A stretch of DNA of 36,212 bases from Octopus sinensis (taxonomy: Eukaryota). The translations under genes were made by a program, and so were the position numbers. Positions 10,268-21,923 of the stretch are shown here, piece after piece (the stretch's first letter is position 1; each line of letters starts with the position of its first letter). Under the pieces are notes generated by a model that saw nothing but the letters and a program-made list of their open reading frames with translations, had not been told where the DNA came from and searched no databases. The stretch spans positions 1 to 36,212 of the forward strand of contig NW_021826221.1 in NCBI RefSeq assembly GCF_006345805.1, given 5' to 3'.

Positions 10268-10685
10268 ATTCAGCCTATCCTTATATTTCTGCTGAAATAC
10301 GCTGCCTTTGTTTCACTTAATTTTGAAAATTATGAAGAATTTTGTAAAATAACTGTAATTATTAAGGTGGTGTGTGGAACATAAATTAACATGAAATTGT
10401 GATGGAATGTTTTAAAGCTTTAGCATTCAAACTGGCCATATCTGGTCTAAATATTCTACCTCTTTCATGTTAAAACTGGCCAGATGTGACTGCTCACACT
10501 TATCCTACAATGTCATTCTAAAAATAAGCAAACGCACCTTGAATTAATTCAAAATAATGTGAGTAAATAGGTATTACATTTGAGAGAATTATCTGAATGC
10601 TAAAGGGTTAATTTAGGTCACTTTCAAACAAGAAGTTTTTATTACAGAACCAAGGGCAGTCTCAGGCAGGTTGGTATCAAAAGGG
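10268..10685. mobile_element. TTAA-type (piggyBac-like) MITE hosting a second MITE; left end degraded and approximate
   Basis: Right end GGTATCAAAAGGG|TTAA (10685 / 10686-10689). The left boundary is estimated. Confidence 0.55.
10416..10607. mobile_element. Inner piggyBac-like MITE (192 bp) with TTAA target-site duplication
   Basis: TTAA at 10412-10415 and 10608-10611. Left end AGCTTTAGCATTCAAAC versus reverse complement of the right end CCCTTTAGCATTCAGAT (13/17). Confidence 0.75.
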
Positions 10686-11077
10686 TTAAGGCTTTTTGGG
10701 TGTAGACAAAAGTATACATTCTCCCATATTCAGCAGCTGTACTGATGATTTAAAAGTAATATTGGAAAGCAAGACACTGAAGATATCTTTGCACCCAAAC
10801 AAGACATGGATGCTGTATAGAACTGAGAAAATAATAATGTCCTTCAACAACACCATATCTGTTTCTCACTGTTATGAACAGAAAGCCTTTAATAAAAGGA
10901 GTTATCTTATCTCAAACAGAGACACAAACAATTCAAAACACTGAATCTATTCATATTCTGGTCATAACTATGCCTGCAGTTATACCTTTCTTCAAACACA
11001 TACACAAGTTATCAACTACTTTAACCACTGTGTTTGTATATAAAGATCTTTCTACAAGAGACAATTCCTCTGGAAAA

Positions 11078-12590
11078 CATCATCATCATCATCATCATCG
11101 TTTAACGTCTGTTTTCCATGCTAGCATGGGTTGGACGATTTTGACTGAGGGCTGGCAAACCAGATGGCTGCACCAGGCTCCAGTCTTGATCTGGCAGAGT
11201 TTCTACAGCTGGATGCCCTTCCTAACACCAACCACTCCAAGAGTGTAGTGGGTGCTTTTACGTGCCACAGGCACAGGCGCCAGTCAGTCAGTACTGGCAA
11301 CGACCTTGCTCGAATCCTTTTACACATGCCACCAGCACAGGTGCCAGTGAAGCGACATTGGTAACGATCACGTTCAAATGGTGCCCTTTTACGTGCCACG
11401 GATACGGAAGCCAGTTGGCTGCTCTGGCAATGATCATGCTCGGATTAGCACCCTACTACCACATGCACAAGTGCCAGTAAGGCGACGCTGGTAACGATCA
11501 TACTCAAATGGTGCCCTTTTATGTTCCACTGGCACGGAAGCCGGTTAGCCACTCTGTCAATGATCACACTCGTATAGTGCTCTTTGCACCCTGCTAGCAT
11601 GGATGCCAGTCATCGAATTGATTTTGATTTGATTTTGATTTCACTTGCCTCAACAGGTGTTTGCAAGCAGAGTTTAGTGACCAAAGAAGGAAAAGGTACG
11701 CATAAGTGGGCTGGTTACGCTTCTGGCATAGGCCACAGGTTATGGTCTCATTTGGCTTGCCGGGTCTTCTCAAGCACAGCATATTTCCAAAGGTCTCGGT
11801 CACTAGTCATTTCCTTGGTGAGGCCTAATGTTTGAAGGTCGTGCTTCACCACTTCATCCCAGGTCTTCCTGGGTCTACCTCTTCCACAGGGTGTGGCACT
11901 TTTTCACACAACTCTCCTCATCTATTCTCACCACATGACCATACCAGCGCAGTCATCTCTCTTGCACACCACAACTAATGCTTCTTAGGTCCAACTTTTC
12001 TCTCAAGGTACTTACACTCTGTCAAGTTTGCACACTGACATTACACATCCATCGGATCATACTGGCTTCATTCCTTACGAGCTTATGCATGTCCTCAGCA
12101 GTCACAGCCCATGTTTCACTGCCCTGTAGCATGGCTGTTCATACACATGCGTCATACAGTCTACCTTTTACTCTAAGCAAGAGGCCCTTTGTCACCAGCA
12201 GAGGTAAGAGCTCTCTGAATTTTGCCCTGGTTATTCTCATTGTAGCAGCTACACTCTCAGAGCATCCACCCCTGCTACTGACTTGGTCACCTAGGTAACG
12301 GAAGCTGTCAACTACTTCTAGTTTTTCTCCCTGGAATGTGGCAAAAGTTGGTCTCTGCATATTTTCAATGTTTATTGCTCCCGAGCATCTGCCACATACA
12401 AAAACTATCTTCCTAGTTAGCCTTCCTTTGATATTGCTGCACATCTTATGTGTCCATAGTTTACACTGGGTACATCTTATAGTTTCTACCTATGCCTCTA
12501 CTACAGATTGAGCAGGGCCATCTACCTGAAGGGACTTGTGGTTTGCCTACCGCTAACTACTTGTCTCTAAGTAACCCAAATTTGACTTTC
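11078..12590 (-). mobile_element. RTE-clade LINE, 5'-truncated: RT C-terminal part with inserted PHD finger, 3' UTR tandem array, (GAT)n tail
   Basis: Minus strand: ...LEVVDSFRYLGD..GGCSES...KFRELLPLL..GRLYDACV...RGRPRKTWDEVVKHDL..DRDLWKYAVLEKTRQAK* (stop at 11748-11750). Frameshifted. Candidate TSD TCTGGAA at 11069-11075 and 12593-12599. Confidence 0.9.
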
Positions 12591-12699
12591 TTTCTGGAAG
12601 TTTTGATTAATGTTAAAAAGAAGAAAAAAAATAATAATAAAAGCTTGTTGAGTATTCCAGAGGGTTAAATTTCTGGGTTTCTGGGGAAATGTGACTTCA

Positions 12700-13460
12700 C
12701 AAAATCTTTGGTAGGGATATTTGTCAGGTGAAACACCACAGAGAACATGGGGGCAGGAAGTGGGGATTAGGTAGAGATATATGCAGTTTTACAGAGGGAG
12801 GGTTTGAAACTGATGAGGGCTGATGTATTTTCTGCTTCTGAGGACGAAGTGTACCTTTTTGGATGTAATTTTGGCAATGTGAAGTTACTTAGAGAAATTA
12901 TGAGAAATTGTGAAGCCAAGAATTTGTTGCAATTTTGAGGGTTTTACTTGTGAGTGGTTAATGAATAAATTGTATGCTGTGTTTAGAGTGTTTTCCTTTG
13001 ATATTTATAGTGATGCAAACTTTGTCTTGTTGATGGAGGTTAGGTTGTCGTGTTCCCGATGAAGAATGCTCTCAAGGTCTCTGTTTATGTCTTGTGTAAA
13101 GTATCTTGACTGCATATCATCAGCAACTGTGGCAACAAGAGTTGTTGTTTGCTGAAATTAGACTTAATATTGCACAGGAGTGAACATTCTGTCTACACAG
13201 GAGTTTCATTGCAATTTATAGCAAGTGGGTTAATGTGCAGCATGAAGAATGTAAATGATATAACTCAACCTTTCGGGGTACACCAGTGTTGGGAAATGTG
13301 GGATGAAGAAATGTGGTGTTTGTGTGGATCTGTTAGAAAACTTCAGATCAAACAAGTTGTTGATAACCTGAGTACATCTGTAGGTGGGCAACTTAGCTTG
13401 GATATGCCAAATATAGACAAAAGCTCTGCTGTTGTCAAAGGCAACATTCATTAGGTTTTT
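12700..13460 (-). mobile_element. Old CR1/L2/Jockey-group LINE reverse-transcriptase relic
   Basis: Degenerate RT motifs in order on the minus strand: VAFDNSRAF..IWH..KLPTY (cf. VALDISKAFDRVWH), NTGVP, FMLHINPL, VADD (YADD), NKTK, ILGFTIS..HIAKITSKK..LRSRKY. Many stops and frameshifts. Confidence 0.7.
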
Positions 13461-13489
13461 AAGGTTTTTAAAAGGATCGTCTTCCACCA

Positions 13490-13524
<35 letters not shown>

Positions 13525-14452
13525 ATACAATAACACAAACGTTCTCTTCTTTCAGTGCCCAGCCACATTGCCTAAAGTTAATCACCTTGCCAAACAGGTT
13601 TACTTAATGCAGTGGATATTTGTAGACACACAATCATACTGGGAATGTGGTTGTTGGGGATGACAAGTATTTAAATGCAAGTATTTACCAAATGCTTGCT
13701 CTGCTACCACTGACTACTACTGACACCAACATGTCAACGAAAACCAGGACCATCAAATGACACAAGAGGTTTCCATTGGGGTGGTTGGCAACTATTGTCA
13801 TGTAAGACAGACAGTCTATCGTTGCACAGGTGGCAGGCTAGAAGAGGGGACAACAACCCCCCACAATCTGCCATTAAAATCAATTTCTTTTTGTTGTTCA
13901 TTTTAAAAAATTGTTCCTATTATTATTATTATTATTATTATTATAGAATTATTATTATAAAATTGTATATATTTTTATGGCTTTCCTGTATTCTATTCAT
14001 ACAATGTTCCTGATCTTATAGTATAGAGAGCTCAGCAGTCGGAAGTCCAATAACCTCTTTCTGCTTTGTTAGCTTATTGAATCTGCTTTGCTTGGATTCA
14101 GGCTGTCTTTTTTCTGTTTATGCCCAGATGTCTATCTTTCTGTCTGTCTGTTTTTTTTTTTGTTTGCTTCCAGGGACAGCTGTTTATCTGCCAAAACCCC
14201 AGTTTATATATTCGTCTGCTTGCCTGTCTGTCAGTCTATATGTCTGTCTCTCTGACTGTGTGTTTGCCTTTCAGCTTATCAATTTATCCGTCTTTCCTAC
14301 CCTGTTCTCTCCTCTCAATCAGTATTAAAAAATGTGAAAGTTTAATTACATTGAACAACAACAGCTCCTAGCTTCTTGTTAATTATCTTCAGGTGTTACT
14401 GCAAAACATTGCTACCTGCTATTGACTGAAATAGTCGGTGACCGACATCATC

Positions 14453-15107
14453 CTATCATCAACATCATCATCATCATTGCACCAACTTTCTCCATTTACT
14501 TGCTCCTCCTACTCCTCTTGTACTTTAAAACTAATTTTTGCCACTCACTGCACAGACTATTCCCACTCTGATAATCAAATAAATGAATTTCAAGAACTAT
14601 TCTGGGATTCAACATAAATCGTTTCTTGTGTTTCTAAACGGAAATACGAAGGACATAACTGAAAGATAATGAATAAGAAGTGATCAGTTGATGATATTGA
14701 ACTCCCAAACCTATGTCTTTTGCAGTTGTTCAAACTAAATGTTGACTATTAAATAAACCACCAAGGAAATTTACTTAGAAAGGCCATTTTCATGAAAACC
14801 AGTTGTCAAGTTATTGTTAACATATTCATTTAATGCTAACATATTTGAAAATAAGGATGCTGGTATATGGATGAGTACAGCTCCTTAAAGTGTGTACGGT
14901 CAAGGACAGCTGCTTAAAGAAGTGCTGAGCTCTAATTGTGGAAGGAACCTGTGGAAAGGGTGTACTCAGGATGACACAGGACAAAGTGGTGAGAAAGGAT
15001 CTTCAAGTGAGTGATAAAATTAGTTTTAAAGTACAAGAGGAGTAGGAGGAGCAAGTAAATAGAGAAAGTTGGTGCAATGATGATGCTGATGTTGATGATG
15101 ATGATAG
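14453..15107. repeat. Spaced inverted repeat, arms about 95-100 bp (14453-14549 and 15006-15107), spacer about 455 bp
   Basis: CATCATTGCACCAACTTTCTC(C/T)ATTTACTTGCTCCTCCTACTCCTCTTGTACTTTAAAACTAATTTT matches the reverse complement of 15014-15085 with one mismatch. Confidence 0.92.
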
Positions 15108-15264
15108 AAGATGACAAGGGACTGGGACTTGTGGTGATTTGCTGCATTTGAGATGACATGTCAAGCTAAATGAAATCATGGCTATCCAAACATTCATACA
15201 AACATGTCCTTTATGGCTCTGCCCCCCCCCCACCACTTCCTCTCCCAGCTGAAAGGTCTTTGTC

Positions 15265-15560
15265 TTGCAGGTGCTGGTGCTGCATAAAATGCACTTGTGC
15301 TGGTGCCATGTAGAACGCACTTGTGCTAGTACCACATAAAATGTACCTGTGCCAATGGAATGTAAAAAAACACACAGTACACTTTGTAAGGTAGTTGGGT
15401 GTTAGGAAGGGCATCCAGCCATAGAAACCATGCCAAATCAGACATTTGGGGCCTAGTGTAGTCCTCTGGCTTGCCAGCATGGGCTGGAGAGTTTGACAGG
15501 GGCTTGCCTGTGCCTGTCAAACTGTCCAGCCCATGCCAGCATGGAAAATGATGATGATGA
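15265..15560 (+). mobile_element. Older RTE 3' UTR copy with 26-bp tandem units and an internal fold-back duplication
   Basis: Units start at 15271, 15297, 15323 and 15349; GTTAGGAAGGGCATCCAGCC block; CCATGCCAGCATGGAAAA(TGA)n tail. Confidence 0.8.
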
Positions 15561-15864
15561 CATGCAGTGAGGAAAGCCATTAGCTTAATAAATAACATTC
15601 TAATCATTTTGTTAAGCACAGAAGACAATTCCAGATGTATTTTGCTCTTAGATCTTTTCAGCAAAGCATAGACCTCACTGTACCTACTGAAGTTTTTATA
15701 AGAAAATGACTTAGTAGATAAGCTAACTTACATACTTATGTATAAATCTCAAACATCTATTGAGTGATTCTTTCATCATTACTTCAGCATGTACTGTGAG
15801 TCTGTAACTTTCTGAAGAAATCTTATATGACTAAAAAAATGGTCAGAGCTTTCTTACAAACTTC

Positions 15865-18068
15865 TGTTATGGTGAGAATCATGACAACCCCTGTGAGAAA
15901 GGACTAGCCAAACTCATATATAAGAAGTAGTATGTTTGACTGAAAGTGAGAGATGAGAAATTACAGGAAGTCAAAAGGTGTTTGTGAGTTCGTGGAGTTG
16001 CTGGATTGGTTACAGTTGTTGGCTGAGTATTTGGAAATGCCTCAAGTGGAGAGAGTTGGTGTCTACTCCGTTTCGTGGTATTCTATATTACACTGTTATT
16101 AGTGCACAACACTAAGGGGACCTATACAGAAACCATGTTATAAAAATGGCAATGAGTGATTCAAAACTTATGTTGGTCATTAACAATTTTTATGATAAAA
16201 AAAATTTGTTAATTATAGAAGATCAATTAGCTGACATATTACAGTTACAAAAGCAACAACAACAGTAACAAGAGTTTCACCAAAAGCTACAACACAATCA
16301 GTTGCTGGAACTGATGCTGAAGTTCGGAAATACTGCAAGTTCGTTTTTGCCAGATGGCATAGCAAATGCTATAACTGAATTTAGTTACTACCCAGAAGTG
16401 GGGATAACTTTTTTTGACATACTTCAGAAGATGTGAAGAAAGAAATCTTCAAGGAAGAATGCAAGTGTTGGACCAATGATATAAAAACTGAGACTAGGTC
16501 CTTAAGAACATGAAAAATACTGCTATTTTATTTTGCCTAAAAAAACAAGTGAATTTGCTTCGAAGAAATAATTGGATTGCTATCCAAAATGTTCAGTGAT
16601 AAGTGTTCCTTGTTCAGCACTAGCTGGGACTGTTTGAACTTAGTAAAAGAAGAGAATGAAGATTTGGTCAGTTATACTACAATCGCAAATAAAATGTGCA
16701 AAAAATTTAAACTGAAGGAATTATCTCCAGACATGTTTAAATGCCTTGTCTTTGTGCAAAGTTTGACAGCTAACAAAGATGCAGAAATACATGCACGGAT
16801 TCTTACATAACTAGAAGAAGAGGACCAGAGGAATGTCAAAGAATTATCAACTTGCAACAGGACGTAAAGAAAATTGAAGAATAATGTTTCTCTCAAGTAC
16901 AGATATGTCAACTGGGTATAAATAAAGGTAAAAGAATGTTATAACCAAATCCATGTTATGGGTGTGGAGGTCTGCAGTCATCCAACCTTGAAGGAACTTC
17001 TTGCATGATACAGTATCCCAGACGCCATAGTATTGGGTAACAGAAGGCAGTTTCCATGGTATGAATTTAAAATTTCTGTGAGTGGTATGCAATCAATCAC
17101 ATCCTACTCTGCTGTACTACCTGATATCAAATGGGCAAGCAGAAAGGTTCATAGACATACTTAAGTGAGCACCAAGAAAATCAGAAAAGGAATTAGGCAA
17201 TGATGCAACACAAACTCAATTTTTAAGGGTTTACAGGGTAACACCTACCCAAACACTTGTTCAGATAAGTCGCCCATCAGAACTAATGTTCGCTCAGGAG
17301 ATAAAATAAATTTTTGATAAATTGTTACCAACAAAAAACCCCAAGAAATACAACAAAGTATTTTAATGTGGGAGATAAAATTCATTTCAAAATATATAAG
17401 AGTAGAAGACAAGGTTGGGAGGATGGTATAGTGATGCAAAGAATAGGCAGCATGATGTACATAACAAAAGGTCAAATAGGAGAGCACAAACACCAGTTGA
17501 AGACTAGACATACCAGATAAAAAGAAGAAATACCAATGGAAGTTTGTTATGACTTGTTCAATGTTCCAATGCCAAAAGAGGTTGAATCTAGGTGGACCAG
17601 CAATAGAAAATGTAAACAAACTGAATGACTAGAAATAGTCCATAAGCGAATGAAGTATGAAAACTTCTGAAGAAATTAAAATCCAAAAAAAAGGCAGAGG
17701 TGATGATGAAGAAACAATAGAATAAAATTGAATAAACAAATTGCACTTCCTACAGAAGTCAAATCTCAAAAGGGGAGATTGTTATGTTATGGCAAGGATT
17801 GTATAAATAGCAGCATGTTTGACTGAGAGCAAGAGATGTGAAATCGCAGCAAGTGGAAAGGTGTCATTCATGAGTTCGTGGAGTCACAGAAAATTGTTGA
17901 GAAGTTGTTATAGTTCATTGAGAGTTGTTTTGGATTGGTAACAGTTGTTGGTATTTGGGAATACGTCAATTGGAGACAGTTGGTGTCTACCCCGTTCTGT
18001 GGTATTATATATCACATTGTATTAGTGCATGACACTAAGGGGACACATACAGAAATCCCATTATAAAA
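15865..18068 (+). mobile_element. Ty3/Gypsy (Mag/K02A2.6-like) LTR retrotransposon, internally deleted, both LTRs present
   Basis: LTRs 15865-16145 and 17780-18068 (TGTTAT...TTATAAAA; 3' halves about 80-85% identical by eye). PBS TGGCAATGAG at 16147-16156; PPT AAAAGGGGAGA at 17768-17778. Gag relic (FSYYPEVGITF; LSPDMFKCLVFVQSL..DAEIHARIL), zinc-knuckle start PCYGCGGLH, integrase relics (YSIPDAIV.GN; SNGQAERFID). Imperfect TSD ACTTC/ACTTT. Confidence 0.88.
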
Positions 18069-18139
18069 CTTTCTAAAATGATTAAAATAATGTTAGTTGT
18101 TTTCCTACTTGTTTTACTTGTTTTTTAAATTTTTTTTGT

Positions 18140-18502
18140 ATCTTTTATTTGTTTCAGTCCTTGTACTGCAGCCATGCTGGGAGTACCACCTTCTAGGGTT
18201 TAGTCAAACGAATTGACCCCAGTCCCTATTTCTTAAGTGAGCCTCTTTTGGCAAACAGCTAAGTTATGAAGGCATAAGCAAACCATCACCAAATATCAAG
18301 CAATGATGAGGGGCAGACACAAATGCACATGCATGGATAAATGGCAGGCTTCCACACAATTCCCCTCTATCAAATTCACTCACAAGGTATTGGTTGGCCC
18401 AGAGCTATAGCAGAAGTCATTTACCCAAAGTGCCATGCAGTGGGACTGAACCCAGAACTGCATGGTTGCAAAGTGAGCTTCTTAACCACACAGCCATGCC
18501 TC
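18140..18502 (-). mobile_element. tRNA-SINE, old full-length copy (family of 899-1319)
   Basis: Reverse complement starts GAGGCATGGCTGTGTGGTTAAGAAGCTCAC...GGGTTCAGTCCCACTGC and ends CAGCATGGCTGCAGTACAAGGACTGAAACAAATAAAAG; CpG-depleted relative to the 899 copy. Confidence 0.8.
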
Positions 18503-18925
18503 TACTCTTTTCTCAGTGGATAATCATTTTTAATTAAATACTTCACTCTCACTGCATTGAATGATTTTAGTACTTGACAATAATTATACTAATTTTCTAA
18601 TATGTTTAGCCAACAGCTGAACCAGAACAGCAACTGTCATGCTCCAGTCATTTCCTCTTTATCCTACTCCATTGCTGCCACCTACACTAACACCTACAGA
18701 CTGGACAATGTAGGAAATGCAAGATGCCCGTGAGACCAACCATGCAATATATATGTCCTAATTAATACATACAGCGTATTCCAGCTGTCATACTTTATAT
18801 ACATGCGCAGTCTATCATATTCTACTCTACACATATTCATGACATTCCACTACATCATACACAACCTAAACATACTGCTATGCTATCACACACACACACA
18901 TCCTTAACACCATGTTGCACTAAAT

Positions 18926-19296
18926 AAGGGCCTGATTTAGACTTAGTGGATCAGTATATTTTAGGGCCACTACAATTTTAGTAATTCAAAATTTAAGATA
19001 ATAAAGAGGCCCCTATTAAATCTATGAGACCCAAACAATTTAAAGAAGCCCCAAAACATAAAAGGGCCTTGGTAGATTTAGAAAGACAATTAAATTCAAT
19101 GGCCTTTTGAAATCTAAAAGGGTCTGGCAAATATCAAAAGAAATTTTAAGTTAGTAGAAAAAGATTAATTATTTATTTCATTGCTGAAAGTATATTTAAA
19201 ATTTTTAAACTCTAAGTGTTAGGCTTCTCTGAGTGAAAGAGGTTCCTAATGCTTGGTGCTATGGCCCATATTGGCCCGTACATAAATCTAGCCCTG
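18926..19296. mobile_element. Old MITE with 14-bp imperfect TIRs (CAGGGCNNGATTTA type); superfamily unresolved
   Basis: AAGGGCCTGATTTA (18926-18939) versus TAAATCTAGCCCTG (19283-19296): 11/14 complementary. No TSD recognisable. Confidence 0.5.
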
Positions 19297-20524
19297 GACC
19301 TACTCTTCTTATTTGTTTTAACATAGTATCACTGGTTTCTGGCTTTCAACAGGACAGTCATTAGTTCTCAGCATTAAATATGGTAAAAGAGCATTCAGGG
19401 TAAGCAGTGACTCATGGAATGAATGCAAGTTATTTTTGTTTGGATGTCCTGGTCTATTGGAATTTTTACGAATGTATACATCTTTTGCTGATATTAGTGA
19501 AAGATATGCACTCATACACACACGCATGCACAGTATTGATCAACCCAAGGTTTGGTTAGTCTACATTATTCCATAAGGAGCATAGGGACCCATTTCCTGG
19601 TTTCTCTGACATATATGTATTCCTCCCTGGTCAGGATTGCTCATTGCTGAGTGGACTGGAGCAACAAACATGACATGAAGTGTTTTGTTCAAGAACTTAT
19701 TACATCACCTGGTCCAGGAATCGAAACCATAATCTTATGATTGTGAGTCTTACCAGAACCGGTTATGGAAGGAGACAATTACCAAAGCTACAACACAACA
19801 ACTATACTTACTTTGAAATTAGTCTATTATTAGTCTATTATCAGTGAAGTTTGTTTACATTTGGAGTGGCCTTAGTGTGACACTTCACACGATGACCTGC
19901 AGTTGGGGTCTTCTTCTATGACTAACACCAGTGCCAAGTAGTCTAGTGTCTGTGTTGTTATTTAATTTAAGCCCTGGTCTACCACCACCACCACCACCGA
20001 ACTCTCCACTCCCCACTCCTGTTCAGGATGTAAAAGAAACATTGAGCGGGGGGGGGGATGACATGTCAGGTCAGCTTAATATTTTTTAGAGTCCAACCAT
20101 CTGTACACCTTCCATTATTGCCAAATAGTCTAAAGCCACGCTAATACATTCTCCTAATCCCTCATCTTTAAACAATCAACAGAGACTGAGTGACAGTTCA
20201 GCTTAGACAGCAACTGCAACAACATTCTCTCTTGAAGAATGGTTGCTGGTGGCAGTGGTGGTGGTGGTACAATTACAGGCTTCCTTATAAACACACACAC
20301 ACACACACTTATTACTGCCCAGCATAAGTCATTCACATATGGACACACATTATTATACACACACACGTGCACACAGACATGCACAAATGATGTTGCTATT
20401 ATTGTCGCTGCTGCTACTACTACTACTACTACTGCTACTGCACACACACAGAGCAAAACTTAATGGATTGTGAGCAGTTACAGACATGACATGACCTATG
20501 ACTCTAGTATGTGTAAATATATAT

Positions 20525-20573
<49 letters not shown>

Positions 20574-21243
20574 TATATAATAAATTGGAGAGTGGCTGCA
20601 GTAGTGATAAGGAGAGTGTTGATAGTGACGGTGGTGGTAATGCTAAGGGCATTGATGGTAATGGTGATAGTAGTGGTGGTAGTAGTGATTGGTGGTTGTA
20701 GTAGTAGTCATCTTTTTAATTGATCAATGTAACAAAATTAACCTGCTAGAAATAGCAGTGAAATTTCCTTCAAATCATGGAAGAAAAAAAAGAAGAAAAA
20801 AAAGAAAAAGAAAGAGTAAATTGAAAAATGTAATTCTGAATAAAAAATGGTCACTACTGGAACATATATTACTGATGTGGTAAACCAGAGCTGGCCTGGA
20901 GCTAGATAATTGGTATATTATTTTATCATTAATAGAGCAACAAATTTATCAATTTTGGTGTGATTTTAACACCCTCAAGCCCCTCATTTATCACCTGATG
21001 CACTCATTTCTCTCATGTTGTCATCCCAACTATCTCCCCCTGAAACAATTACTCTGAACGTATTGTCTTCCAGAACACTCTTCCTTTCTATCTCTATCTA
21101 CGTAGCAACCTACAGAACTTGAAACTGAATATTAACCGCATCAATCTCATTAATGCAAAAGGAGGACCTGCAAAGGCTAATTACTAAAACACACATTTGT
21201 ACATAGAAAATCTATAGTCCTACATGCACTGCCCTGCTCGTTG

Positions 21244-21538
21244 CCTTGAAGAAGCAAAACAAACCCACACACAAACACACAGACTTACAAACATTGTTTA
21301 TTGCTCTTTCATGAACTGAGCAATAAATTACATATGCATACACAGTTACACACACAAGGATACATATTTAAACATGCATACTGACCTCCTGAACAAAGCA
21401 GTGGAAATGCAAACAAACAAACACATACACACACTGCCCTTCTCTCATGAACAAAGCAATAGAATATAAACACATGCACAATGCTTGAACTAAGTAATAA
21501 AACACTAGTGCAAACATACAACTCCCTCTGTTGGATGA

Positions 21539-21591
<53 letters not shown>

Positions 21592-21636
21592 CTCTCTTAC
21601 TCTTCCCACTCCTAACTAAGTACAATGGAGTCATTA

Positions 21637-21667
<31 letters not shown>

Positions 21668-21790
21668 AATATACAAGCAATAAAGCACACACCTAGCTAC
21701 ACAGTCACTCTCTTGCTTGGACTAAAATATAAAATTCATAAGTAGACAAGCACACATACTGCACTTAGGCATTGAACTAAGCAATAAAAT
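21244..21790 (+). repeat. Degenerate tandem array with a TGAACWAAGCAATAAAA core and AC/CT-rich spacers; resumes at 23015-23125
   Basis: Cores at 21247, 21312, 21390, 21448, 21486, 21532, 21718, 21773, 23021 and 23108. Confidence 0.75.
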
Positions 21791-21923
21791 ATGCACATAT
21801 TTTGAGGGCCGATCAAAGCTTTGTGAGTGGTTTTGGTAGATGGAAACTGGAAAGAGCACATCGTGTGTGTGTGTGTGGTGTGTGTGAGTGTGTGTGTGTT
21901 GCTGTCTCTTTTCTCTTGACATA

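Noticed and set aside
18640-18900. Possible LINE C-terminal zinc-knuckle relics (CRKC..ET..H..CP here; HLLYC.. at 25500-25760)
   Set aside because: Requires assumed frameshifts, and too little sequence matches to call.
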